DNA of 64,000 nt from a bacterium (lineage in GTDB: Bacteria > UBA8248), in the NCBI GenBank assembly GCA_965213685.1, contig CBDBZY010000058.1, forward strand, positions 1 through 64,000, in the 5' to 3' direction. The position numbers and the translations under genes are program-made. This document shows, piece by piece, positions 32,604-40,364 of the stretch. Numbering within the stretch: the stretch's first letter is position 1; each line of letters starts with the position of its first letter. The notes beneath the pieces are model-generated. The model saw only the letters and a list, made by a program, of their open reading frames with translations. It did no database searches and was not told the origin of the DNA.

Positions 32604-33300
32604 ATGGAAATCGAAGCGACCAAGGGCGTCGGCCCGCATTTTCGCGGCGAGCTGGAAGCGATGGGGCTCGCGCATCTCTACCTGGGCAGTGCGCACAGCC
32701 TGCGGGCGAACATGACGCCCGACGCCGCCTGGCGGCCGGGACCCGGCGAGGCGGAAGGCGCCCGCCCGGAAATCCGGGGGGACCGGGACGGACGCCTGGG
32801 TCATCCGCCTGGCGGACGAGACCAGCGAAGCGGAGCGCGAGGCCATCATCGCCGCCCACGACGCGCACGCCCCCGACGGCGTCGCCCAGATTCACAGAGA
32901 CCGGGGCAAGGAGAAGCTCCACCTGCTGCTCAACAGCGCCAAGGCGCGCGTCGTGGGCGTGCCGGCGAGTGCTCTGGGCGGCAAACTCGCCGAGTATGGG
33001 GAGAAGGCCAACCTCATCGACGACTGGAAGCGGGACGCGGACTCCGACAAGCTCGCGAAGCCGGCGTTTTTGCTCATCAAAAACAGGAAAGACGCGCATC
33101 CGGCGCGCTACGCCTCGGGCCAAAGCGTGGTGGATGAATGGGCGACCCGAAGAGGGGTGCTGCGCGGCAAGCTCGCCTCTCTCCTGAAAATCTACGACGA
33201 AGGCGTGCGCGACATCCAGGATGCGAACGCCACTCCGACCGTGGCGGCCCTGGACGCCAGAATCGACGGGGCCGCCGCCGCTTTCGACGCCGTCAGCTGA
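32604..33300 (+). CDS. Putative tail-fibre assembly/chaperone protein, about 231 aa after removing one G at 32776-32781
   Basis: AGGAG RBS; ORFs 32604 and 32953-33300 join in one frame after a single deletion; helical C-terminus ending ..DIQDANATPTVAALD; lies directly after the fibre gene. Confidence 0.45.
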
Positions 33301-33683
33301 TGGCACCGGAGCCGAACGGAAAGGGGCTTCAGATTTTTCTGGCCATCCTGAGCGTCGCCGGCCTGGGCGTCGCCGCCTACACCCCGCTCTACAACCAGAT
33401 CGTGAACGTGGAGGCGCGCCTGGCGGCCCACATGCGCGAGCGCGGCCACCCCTGGCTTCTGGAGAACAACGCGGGCGCGCGCGTCCGCTTCCAGGAGGTG
33501 GAGACCCAGTTTCGCGAAGCCAAGACGATAGCCGATCTCAAGTTTCGGGAGCTCAAGGAAACCGCCCTGAAAAAAACGCGCGAGGACGCCCGGGCCTTCG
33601 GGCAAATCCTGCGCCGCCTGCGCGCGACCGAAATCGCGCTCGCCAGGCTGAGCGAGCGCCTTCCAAGGGAGCGTCAACCATGA
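33300..33683 (+). CDS. Small membrane-anchored coiled-coil protein (holin/lysis-like), 127 aa
   Basis: TGATG coupling; single N-terminal TM LQIFLAILSVAGLGVAAY then charged coiled coil; position of the lysis cassette after tail genes. Confidence 0.5.
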   Translation: MAPEPNGKGLQIFLAILSVAGLGVAAYTPLYNQIVNVEARLAAHMRERGHPWLLENNAGARVRFQEVETQFREAKTIADLKFRELKETALKKTREDARAFGQILRRLRATEIALARLSERLPRERQP

Positions 33684-33829
33684 TTCCCCATCTCCTCGCC
33701 GTGCTCTTCGCCGCAGCGACCGTCCTCTGCGCGGTCGCAGCCATCGAGCCGCGCCTCATCACGAACCACCTGTGGCATTTCATCAATCCCTGGGCGGCGC
33801 GGAACGGCCGACCGGGCGGCACATCCTGA
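33680..33829 (+). CDS. Small hydrophobic protein, 49 aa
   Basis: ATGA overlap, AGGGAG RBS; MIPHLLAVLFAAATVLCAVAAIEPRLIT.. single TM or signal peptide. Confidence 0.45.
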   Translation: MIPHLLAVLFAAATVLCAVAAIEPRLITNHLWHFINPWAARNGRPGGTS

Positions 33830-33963
33830 GAAGCGAGCGGCGATCCGCCCCCATACGGAAGCGTCCGCACCCGAAAAGGAACGCTTCTGTTGCCAGGGGC
33901 GAAAAAATGGTGTAATTTTCCCGCGTGCGTTGACAAGCCGCCTCCGCATGCCTGGAGATACTT

Positions 33964-34530
33964 GTGAACCCCGAACCCCGCGCGCACGAGAAGACGCCCG
34001 CACCCTGGGGGCGCGTCGGCGTCCTCGCCCTGTCATGTTTCCTGGTCGTGGCGTGCGGGCCCCTGCGCTCCAGGGAAGTGGACACGATACGCTACAGAAA
34101 ATGCTCCGTCACCACCCTGATAAACTACGAGACGCGCACGACGAGCCACCTGCTCGTATGCAATGGCGATCCCGACAGCGGGCAGCCAAAGAAAGTACCG
34201 CACGCGGCCATGAGCTGCGAACCCGGGAAACCGGTCCAGATAGTGCTCTACCCGGGCAGTCGCCAGTTTCATTTCGAGGAATTCATCGCCGTCCGCTACC
34301 GCTTCAACGGGCATGCGCCCGTGAGGAGCACGTGGCTCTGGCTGCCAAGCACCGGGTCAGCGGGCGTCGTGGCGCCCCCCTCCATCCTGAAGGACTTTCT
34401 GGCCGGCATCACGGCCCGGGAAATCCTGGCGTTTCAAGTCGGGAGCCTGCGGGGGCAGGTCAATTTCCGAAAATACGCGCTAAGAGCGCTCCACGATTGG
34501 AGGAACCGCTGCGCCGCTTCGGGGAGGTGA
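33964..34530 (+). CDS. Putative lipoprotein of unknown function, 188 aa
   Basis: GGAG RBS with GTG start; hydrophobic stretch ending in lipobox-like LVVA-C; several Cys; VRYRFN..W core. Confidence 0.55.
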   Translation: MNPEPRAHEKTPAPWGRVGVLALSCFLVVACGPLRSREVDTIRYRKCSVTTLINYETRTTSHLLVCNGDPDSGQPKKVPHAAMSCEPGKPVQIVLYPGSRQFHFEEFIAVRYRFNGHAPVRSTWLWLPSTGSAGVVAPPSILKDFLAGITAREILAFQVGSLRGQVNFRKYALRALHDWRNRCAASGR

Positions 34531-34605
34531 GGGGTCCGCCCGCCCGGACACGCCCGCCTCCTCGCCACCCCCTTCGCTCCCGGTCGGAGCCCCGAACGAA
34601 CGCCC

Positions 34606-34717
34606 CCATCCAACCCCGCGCCTTTTCGCATTTGCCATGCCCCACGGCGTCCACCCGTCTCTTGGCAGGAGACCTCGGACCATCAAACCCCGCGCCTTCT
34701 CGCATTTGCCATGCCCC
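34606..34717. repeat. Direct repeat pair, period 74 nt
   Basis: AACCCCGCGCCTT(T/C)TCGCATTTGCCATGCCCC at 34612-34643 and 34686-34717 (31/32 identical; extends 6 nt leftward with one more mismatch). Confidence 0.9.
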
Positions 34718-34812
34718 GGCCCCCTCCCGCCGCCGATACACTGCGCCCCGTCCGCCCCCGCGCGGAAGCGGCGGGGAGGGGAGGCGCATCTCACTCGAAA
34801 ACGGGGGAGCCC

Positions 34813-36708
34813 ATGCCGGAGCATCGCCACACCATCTCATTGAGCAGGAGAATCGACCTCGACATCTCCAACGCCCTGAAAGCGATGGGCTCTCTCAAAA
34901 AAGCGAAGCGCGCCTACGAGGAGAGCCTCGGGAAATGGGGAGAAGGCCGAAAGACGGGGGGAGCGTCCCTCGCGCTGTCTTTCCTGGAGAACCTCGCCGA
35001 CAAGACGGACGGTGCCGGCAGGGCGTTCACGAGGCAGCGCAAATCGGCCCGGCTGCTGGGCAAGGACTACCGCGTCCTGGCCGAGGCGCAGAACGCCGCG
35101 ACAGGCGCCATCGAGGAGGGAGCGCGCGCGGCGGGCCGGGCGCGCGCCGCCACGGACGCGCTGGACGACCAGGCCCGCGCGCACCGGGCGACGCTGGAAA
35201 AATCGAGCGCGGCCACCGCGACATCAGCGGAAAAACTCCGGGGCGTCACCCATTCATCCAGGGCAGCCGCCGCCGGGATCGACGCCGTGGGCAAAAGCGC
35301 GGCGAATACCGCCGGACTCGAGAAACTCACCAGGGCCTGCGATAAGCTCAAAAAGAAAACCACGGAGACCTCCGACGTCCTCCGGATCGCCAAAAGCGCG
35401 GCGAACGACTTCGCCGAGGCGAGCGGGGAGTCGCTCACCCAGTTTCTCTCCGACGCCCTCGCCGGCAAAATCGACAACGCCAAGGAGTTGTTCAACGACC
35501 TGAAAGACCACGCCATCAAGATGGTGCGGGACGCCGTCACCCAGATGGCGAGCGAGCAATTCATCCAGCCGCTGGTGGGCAAGCTGAAGGACGCGGGCGC
35601 GGGGCTGCTGGGCGACCTCGGCTCCGGGCTCCTGAAGATATTCGGTTTCTCCAAAGGCGGCCTGGTGAAAAAACCGACCCTGGGCGTCATCGGCGAGGCG
35701 GGGCCGGAACTCGTGCTGCCGCTGGCGAAAATCGGCGGCGAGGAGGGGCTCTTGCGCCTGTTCAAATCCGTCTCCGAGATCGAGGCGGCGAACCGGATCG
35801 GCGGGACGGCGATCCCCACCCAGGCGGGCGCCGAGGCCAGCGGCGCCCTGGCCGCGCGAATCGCGGCCGCGAGGGCGGCGTCGACCCTGCAAATCGTTCT
35901 CTCCACCATGCAGTTCCTGAGCGGCCCCAAAAACCTGAAGACGGGCGCGAATCTGGGCATCAACGTCGCGGGCGCCCTCCCCGGGCTCGCGGGTGCCACG
36001 GGACTCGCCGCCTTCGGGCCGGCGGCGGCCGCCTTCCTGGCCACCGACGTTCTCTTCAACAAGGGGGGCACCATCAAGAAGGGGCTTTCCCTCATCGGCT
36101 TCAAGGGACTCCTCAGCAAGTCCACGCCCTTCACCAGGAAAATGGGGAATCTCTCGCAGGCGGCCGGGCTGTATCGGACCCTCGACCGGTTTCTCAGGAC
36201 GGGCGAGGCGCGCGAGCGGGAGGACGTGTCGTTCCCCAAGGCGGTCTACCGAGGCACGATGAGTCCGGAAGGCATCCTGCGCAAGGAGGTCGGCCCCGCT
36301 TTCCAGCTCATCCGACGCTCGGCGGAGGCCGATGGCCTCTCTCCCCTGGAGGGGGTGCGCCGCTACTTTGGCGAGGAGTTGTACGCCGCCTATCTGCACT
36401 CGCTACCCGTCTTCGAGGGCGACGCGGCGGGGCGGTTCGTCAAGCGCTCCGCGCTCCGGCTCGTGGGCGAAGCCGGGCCCGAGCACATCGTGAACGTGAA
36501 CCACCCGCAATCCATCGACTTCTTTCAGCGCGGCGTGCGGCCCATCATCCGCGACGCCATACGGGAGGAACGCGCCGCCAGCGGAGGCGACACGCACGTC
36601 TATCACATTCACATCGAGGGAAACCTGATCGAGGATCGGACGCTCGAGAAGCTCTCGAGAAAGCTCGAAGACATCCAGAGGCGCCGCCGCCGCTACGGGC
36701 GCGCCTAG
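34813..36708 (+). CDS. Phage tape-measure-like protein, 631 aa
   Basis: GGGGGAG RBS; Ala/Lys-rich helical N-terminal half; FSKGGLVKKPTLGVIGEAGPELVLPL and a second LVGEAGPEHIV, matching the F-x-x-GG..GEAGPE C-terminal motif of siphophage tape measures; ends HVYHIHIEG..RRRRYGRA. Confidence 0.75.
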   Translation: MPEHRHTISLSRRIDLDISNALKAMGSLKKAKRAYEESLGKWGEGRKTGGASLALSFLENLADKTDGAGRAFTRQRKSARLLGKDYRVLAEAQNAATGAIEEGARAAGRARAATDALDDQARAHRATLEKSSAATATSAEKLRGVTHSSRAAAAGIDAVGKSAANTAGLEKLTRACDKLKKKTTETSDVLRIAKSAANDFAEASGESLTQFLSDALAGKIDNAKELFNDLKDHAIKMVRDAVTQMASEQFIQPLVGKLKDAGAGLLGDLGSGLLKIFGFSKGGLVKKPTLGVIGEAGPELVLPLAKIGGEEGLLRLFKSVSEIEAANRIGGTAIPTQAGAEASGALAARIAAARAASTLQIVLSTMQFLSGPKNLKTGANLGINVAGALPGLAGATGLAAFGPAAAAFLATDVLFNKGGTIKKGLSLIGFKGLLSKSTPFTRKMGNLSQAAGLYRTLDRFLRTGEAREREDVSFPKAVYRGTMSPEGILRKEVGPAFQLIRRSAEADGLSPLEGVRRYFGEELYAAYLHSLPVFEGDAAGRFVKRSALRLVGEAGPEHIVNVNHPQSIDFFQRGVRPIIRDAIREERAASGGDTHVYHIHIEGNLIEDRTLEKLSRKLEDIQRRRRRYGRA

Positions 36709-36798
36709 CCGGCGCGCGCCAATCCCAGGGCGTGGGGGAGAGGGCGAAATCCGACGTTTTCCCGCCCCGTTCGGAGAGTTTCTTGGTTTGGGTTTGGA

Positions 36799-38061
36799 TC
36801 AGGTGAGCGGGTCGAGTCCCAGCACCGCGCGGCGCACGAGCTCCATCGCATAGACCGGCGCGCGCGACTGCACGAACCGCTCGTTGCCACCGAAGCTCGA
36901 GGAGAAGGCGAAAACGTCCGCGCCCGTGTCCAGGGCCATGTGCGTGGGGCCCAGCGCCGGCGCCCGGCGGGAGTTCTCAGGCTCGATGTTCTCGGGCGGA
37001 TTCGGGCCGAAGACGGCGAGTCCCATGTCGGCGCCCGATTGTTCGCGCACCTCTCGGGCGAGGGCTCTCGCGAAGCTCCCGGCCTCCCCGCCCCCGTCCA
37101 CCCCGAACATGCCCGACAACTCTTCCGCATGAAGGCCAACGACGCCGCGCTTGAGGAACTTCACGCGATCCGGCCAGGCGTTCAGCCTCTGGATCAAGGC
37201 GCCGCCGGTGTTCGACTCGACTATCGCGATGCTCTTGCCGCTCTGCCCCAGCACGCGCGCCAGCGTCTCCTCGAGCGTCGCGTCGCCCGTGGCGTAGATG
37301 GCGGAGCCCAGGATTTCGCGCACCTTCACCTCCAGCCCGTCGATCATCGTTTCCGCCTCTTCGATGTCCGAGGCCCGGGCGGTGATGCGCACATCCACCT
37401 GCCCGGGGTGGGCGAGCACGCCGATGCTCGGGTTCACCGATTCGCGGAACAGGTCCGAGATCATCTCGTCAACCCGCGATTCGCCGAGGCCGCAGGTCTT
37501 CAGGGTGCGGGTGCGGATGACCTCGCCCAGGGCGAATTTCTCCTGCAGGATGGGCAGCGCGCACTCGGCGATGATGTAGCGCATCTCGTGCGGGACGCCC
37601 GGGCTCACGATGATGACCCCCCTCTCATCCTCGCACATGAAGCAGGGCGCCGTTCCGCGGGGGTTCTCGATGGGGGTCGCGCCGGCGGGGATGTAGGCCT
37701 GCTTCTTGTTGTTGTCGCTCATCCGAAAGCCGCGCCGCTGAAAGTAGGCGCTGATGTAGTCGTACAAATCCTCCCGGAACTCCAGCGGCACGCCCATCAC
37801 CCTGGCGCAGGCCTCTCGCGTCAAATCATCCACCGTCGGGCCAAGCCCCCCCGTGGTGATCACCACCTCGGAGCGCTCGTGCGCCTGCCGGATGACGCCG
37901 GCGATTCTGTCCAGGTTATCGCCGACGGTGGTCTTGAAATGCATGTTGACGCCTATCGACTTGAGCTGGTTGGCGATGAAGGCGCTGTTGGTGTCGATGA
38001 GGTCGCCCAGGAGCATCTCGGTGCCGATGGCGACGATCTCACCGCGAATAAGCTCTGCCAT
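36799..38061 (-). CDS. cinA: CinA family protein (molybdopterin-binding-like N-domain plus PncC-like C-domain)
   Basis: IGTEMLLGDLIDTNS, VGDN, TGGLGPTVDDLTR, NPRGTAP, PGVPHEM, ESNTGG. Confidence 0.9.
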   Translation of the reverse strand: MAELIRGEIVAIGTEMLLGDLIDTNSAFIANQLKSIGVNMHFKTTVGDNLDRIAGVIRQAHERSEVVITTGGLGPTVDDLTREACARVMGVPLEFREDLYDYISAYFQRRGFRMSDNNKKQAYIPAGATPIENPRGTAPCFMCEDERGVIIVSPGVPHEMRYIIAECALPILQEKFALGEVIRTRTLKTCGLGESRVDEMISDLFRESVNPSIGVLAHPGQVDVRITARASDIEEAETMIDGLEVKVREILGSAIYATGDATLEETLARVLGQSGKSIAIVESNTGGALIQRLNAWPDRVKFLKRGVVGLHAEELSGMFGVDGGGEAGSFARALAREVREQSGADMGLAVFGPNPPENIEPENSRRAPALGPTHMALDTGADVFAFSSSFGGNERFVQSRAPVYAMELVRRAVLGLDPLT

Positions 38062-38282
38062 GAACCGTTCCTTTATGTCGAAATCCTCGAACGCCGCTCC
38101 CCACAGGAGGTTCGCATAGTAGAGGAGCGGGCCTCCGGCGGCAAGGACATGATCCGGGCCGGATGGGGAGCAGCTCCGTCACAGGTTGCGTATGCGGAAG
38201 CGCTAAGGGGAGCGCCTGGAAGTGGACGAGACCTGTATCGGCGGCGAGGGAGGCGGCGGGCGCGCGCGGGCTCGGGGCGCCG

Positions 38283-38699
38283 CTACTTCTTCTCACATTT
38301 AAAGAATTGGCTGGGTTTAACCCGGTCCTGTGATGTGAAATCTGTGAAATCGTAATATAGTCCTATCTTCTTCGGCGTAATGATGAATGCGTATTTGTAG
38401 CCTTTTCTTCCAAAGTCCGGTCCAAAGTCCCATCGCCGATTAATTCCTTGGACTGTGAATTCCGCCCCATGCGTGTCCCCGAGACTTTCGACTTCACCGA
38501 AATCTAAGAAATCGGAGTTTGTGATTCTCAGTCTCCGTCGCGTGAGTTTGACCAGCGCGGTTCGATTGTATTGCCGCGTGTATTCGAAAAAATCAAAACA
38601 TTCCCATTGCTCGATGATTTGGAATTCTTCCTGAGCGTGGGTCGGGTTTGCGCAACAGACCAGAACGGCGATGAGGATATGCCGAAGCGCCGGTTTCAT
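38283..38699 (-). CDS. Hypothetical secreted protein (low GC)
   Basis: Open frame with G-rich RBS, signal peptide ending THA-Q; visibly AT-richer than flanks. Confidence 0.65.
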   Translation of the reverse strand: MKPALRHILIAVLVCCANPTHAQEEFQIIEQWECFDFFEYTRQYNRTALVKLTRRRLRITNSDFLDFGEVESLGDTHGAEFTVQGINRRWDFGPDFGRKGYKYAFIITPKKIGLYYDFTDFTSQDRVKPSQFFKCEKK

Positions 38700-38787
38700 G
38701 ATCCCCCCCTTGGCAATCAAAATCAGGAGAAAATCGTATTACCTCTCCGCAGGGCGCATCAAGCGGACAATCGCCAAGGGGACACTC

Positions 38788-39519
38788 TCAAGACGGCGCG
38801 ATCAGCCCGGAGAGGGCGAGCCAGCGCTCGAACCAGCGCCGCGCGCGTCGGTTCAAACCTTCCAGGTATGCCGGCGCATCGCGCAATATCGCCTGCGGCT
38901 CCGCATCCGAGCGCGGAGATTTCACATCGTCCCCGAACGCATCCAGCCATGCGGCTATGTCGTCGAACCCGACTTCGAGGTGAAACTGAAAGGCGTAGGC
39001 GCACTCTCCCCAGCGGAACGCCTGGTGGGGATACCGCGCGGAGGTCGCCAGGTGCACGGCGCCTTCCGGCAGGTCGAACGTATCCCCGTGCCACTGGAAA
39101 ACGGGGAAGGACGGCGCCTCGTCCCCGAGCAGCGGGTCCGCCTTCGCCTGCTGCGTCAACGCTACCGGAAACCAGCCGATCTCCTTTTTCTCCGCCGCCG
39201 GATACACGCGGGCGCCCAACGCGGCCGCCATGAGCTGCGCGCCCAGGCAAAGGCCGTAGACGGGAACCCCCGAGCGGACGGCCTCGCGAAGAAAACGAAT
39301 CTCATCCCCCAGCCAGGGATGTTTCTCCTCCTCATACACGCCCATGGGGCCGCCCAGGACGACGATGGCCCGGGCGCCCTCCAGCGCATCCGGAGAGCGC
39401 GGGAGGCGCTCCCCCCTGTGGAGGGCGACGTATCGGGACGGGACGCCTTTTTGCGCGAGCACCTCCTCGAGCAGGGAGAGCCTCTCCACGTCCACGTGCT
39501 GAAGCGCCAGAACCGACAA
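38788..39519 (-). CDS. Type 1 glutamine amidotransferase-like protein
   Basis: LQHVDVE, LGGPMGVYE, GLCLGAQL, FQWHGDTF, FQFHLE (Cys-His-Glu triad); TTG start inferred. Confidence 0.88.
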   Translation of the reverse strand: MSVLALQHVDVERLSLLEEVLAQKGVPSRYVALHRGERLPRSPDALEGARAIVVLGGPMGVYEEEKHPWLGDEIRFLREAVRSGVPVYGLCLGAQLMAAALGARVYPAAEKKEIGWFPVALTQQAKADPLLGDEAPSFPVFQWHGDTFDLPEGAVHLATSARYPHQAFRWGECAYAFQFHLEVGFDDIAAWLDAFGDDVKSPRSDAEPQAILRDAPAYLEGLNRRARRWFERWLALSGLIAPS

Positions 39520-39553
39520 AAAAGCCCCTCCCCCTCCCGCCGTCGAGCCGGGC

Positions 39554-40345
39554 CTACAGCCCGAGAATCGGGAGTGCGCACTCCAGACGCCGTATCTCGT
39601 AGTCCGGCGCCTCGCCCCCCTCCGGAATCGGCGCTCCCTTCCTGTTGAGCCACGCGCACGGCATCCCCACCCCCTGCGGGCCCTCCACGTCCGCCTCAAA
39701 GGTGTCGCCCACGAAGAGCACCTCGCCCGGTGCGGCGCCCAGCCCCCGGGCCGCATTCAGAAACAGGGACGCAGCCGGCTTTCGGAAACCCTCCTCCTCC
39801 GAAATGTGCACGGAATCGAGATAGGGAGCGATGCCCTCCCGGTCGATAATCCGCCGGGCGGTGGGAGCATGGTCGAAATTGCTGACGAGCGCTATCGGCA
39901 GGCCGGCGTCCTTCATCCTGCGCAAGACGTCGAGCCGAGCGGCGTCAAACACGACGGAACGCGCGATGCCCGCCATATGGGCGTTGAGGGCCGTTTGGGC
40001 GGCCCGTTCCCTGTCCTTCGGGGAAATCGCCACCAAAAGCGCCGCGAGGCGCCGGAAGCGATGTATCGAGCGAATCTCCCTGTGCGCGGGGTCGCGGTTG
40101 CGCTCCGCCCACACCTCCCGGGAATTCCGCAGCCAGAGCTGATGGAAGGCGGGATAGTTCGGCACCGGGAAGCCGCCCTCGTAGAGCGCGTCATAGGCCG
40201 CCCGGGACGTGGTCTTCTCCTCTTTTCCGTCAATCTCCACGGCCGGAAAAAGAGAGACGTCGAAATCAACGAGCGTGTCGAACAGATCGAACGCAACCGC
40301 GCGATATGGGGTCAAGGGAACTCCCGAGAAATGATCGCCGCCCAA
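39554..40345 (-). CDS. HAD family hydrolase
   Basis: FDLFDTLV, VSNFD, RKP, FVGDTFEADV. Confidence 0.85.
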   Translation of the reverse strand: MGGDHFSGVPLTPYRAVAFDLFDTLVDFDVSLFPAVEIDGKEEKTTSRAAYDALYEGGFPVPNYPAFHQLWLRNSREVWAERNRDPAHREIRSIHRFRRLAALLVAISPKDRERAAQTALNAHMAGIARSVVFDAARLDVLRRMKDAGLPIALVSNFDHAPTARRIIDREGIAPYLDSVHISEEEGFRKPAASLFLNAARGLGAAPGEVLFVGDTFEADVEGPQGVGMPCAWLNRKGAPIPEGGEAPDYEIRRLECALPILGL

Positions 40346-40364
40346 TCCGGCATGGACGCGAGAC

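Noticed and set aside
33930-33962. TTGACA-based promoter for the lipoprotein gene
   Set aside because: No acceptable -10 hexamer at 16-18 nt spacing
34606-34717. CRISPR array
   Set aside because: Only two repeats, no cas genes, no AT-rich leader and no typical repeat terminus; kept as a plain repeat
28819-36708. Complete prophage or contractile injection system (R-pyocin, eCIS, T6SS)
   Set aside because: No integrase, terminase, capsid, sheath, gpJ/gp25 baseplate, VgrG or PAAR gene recognised, and host genes flank the block directly
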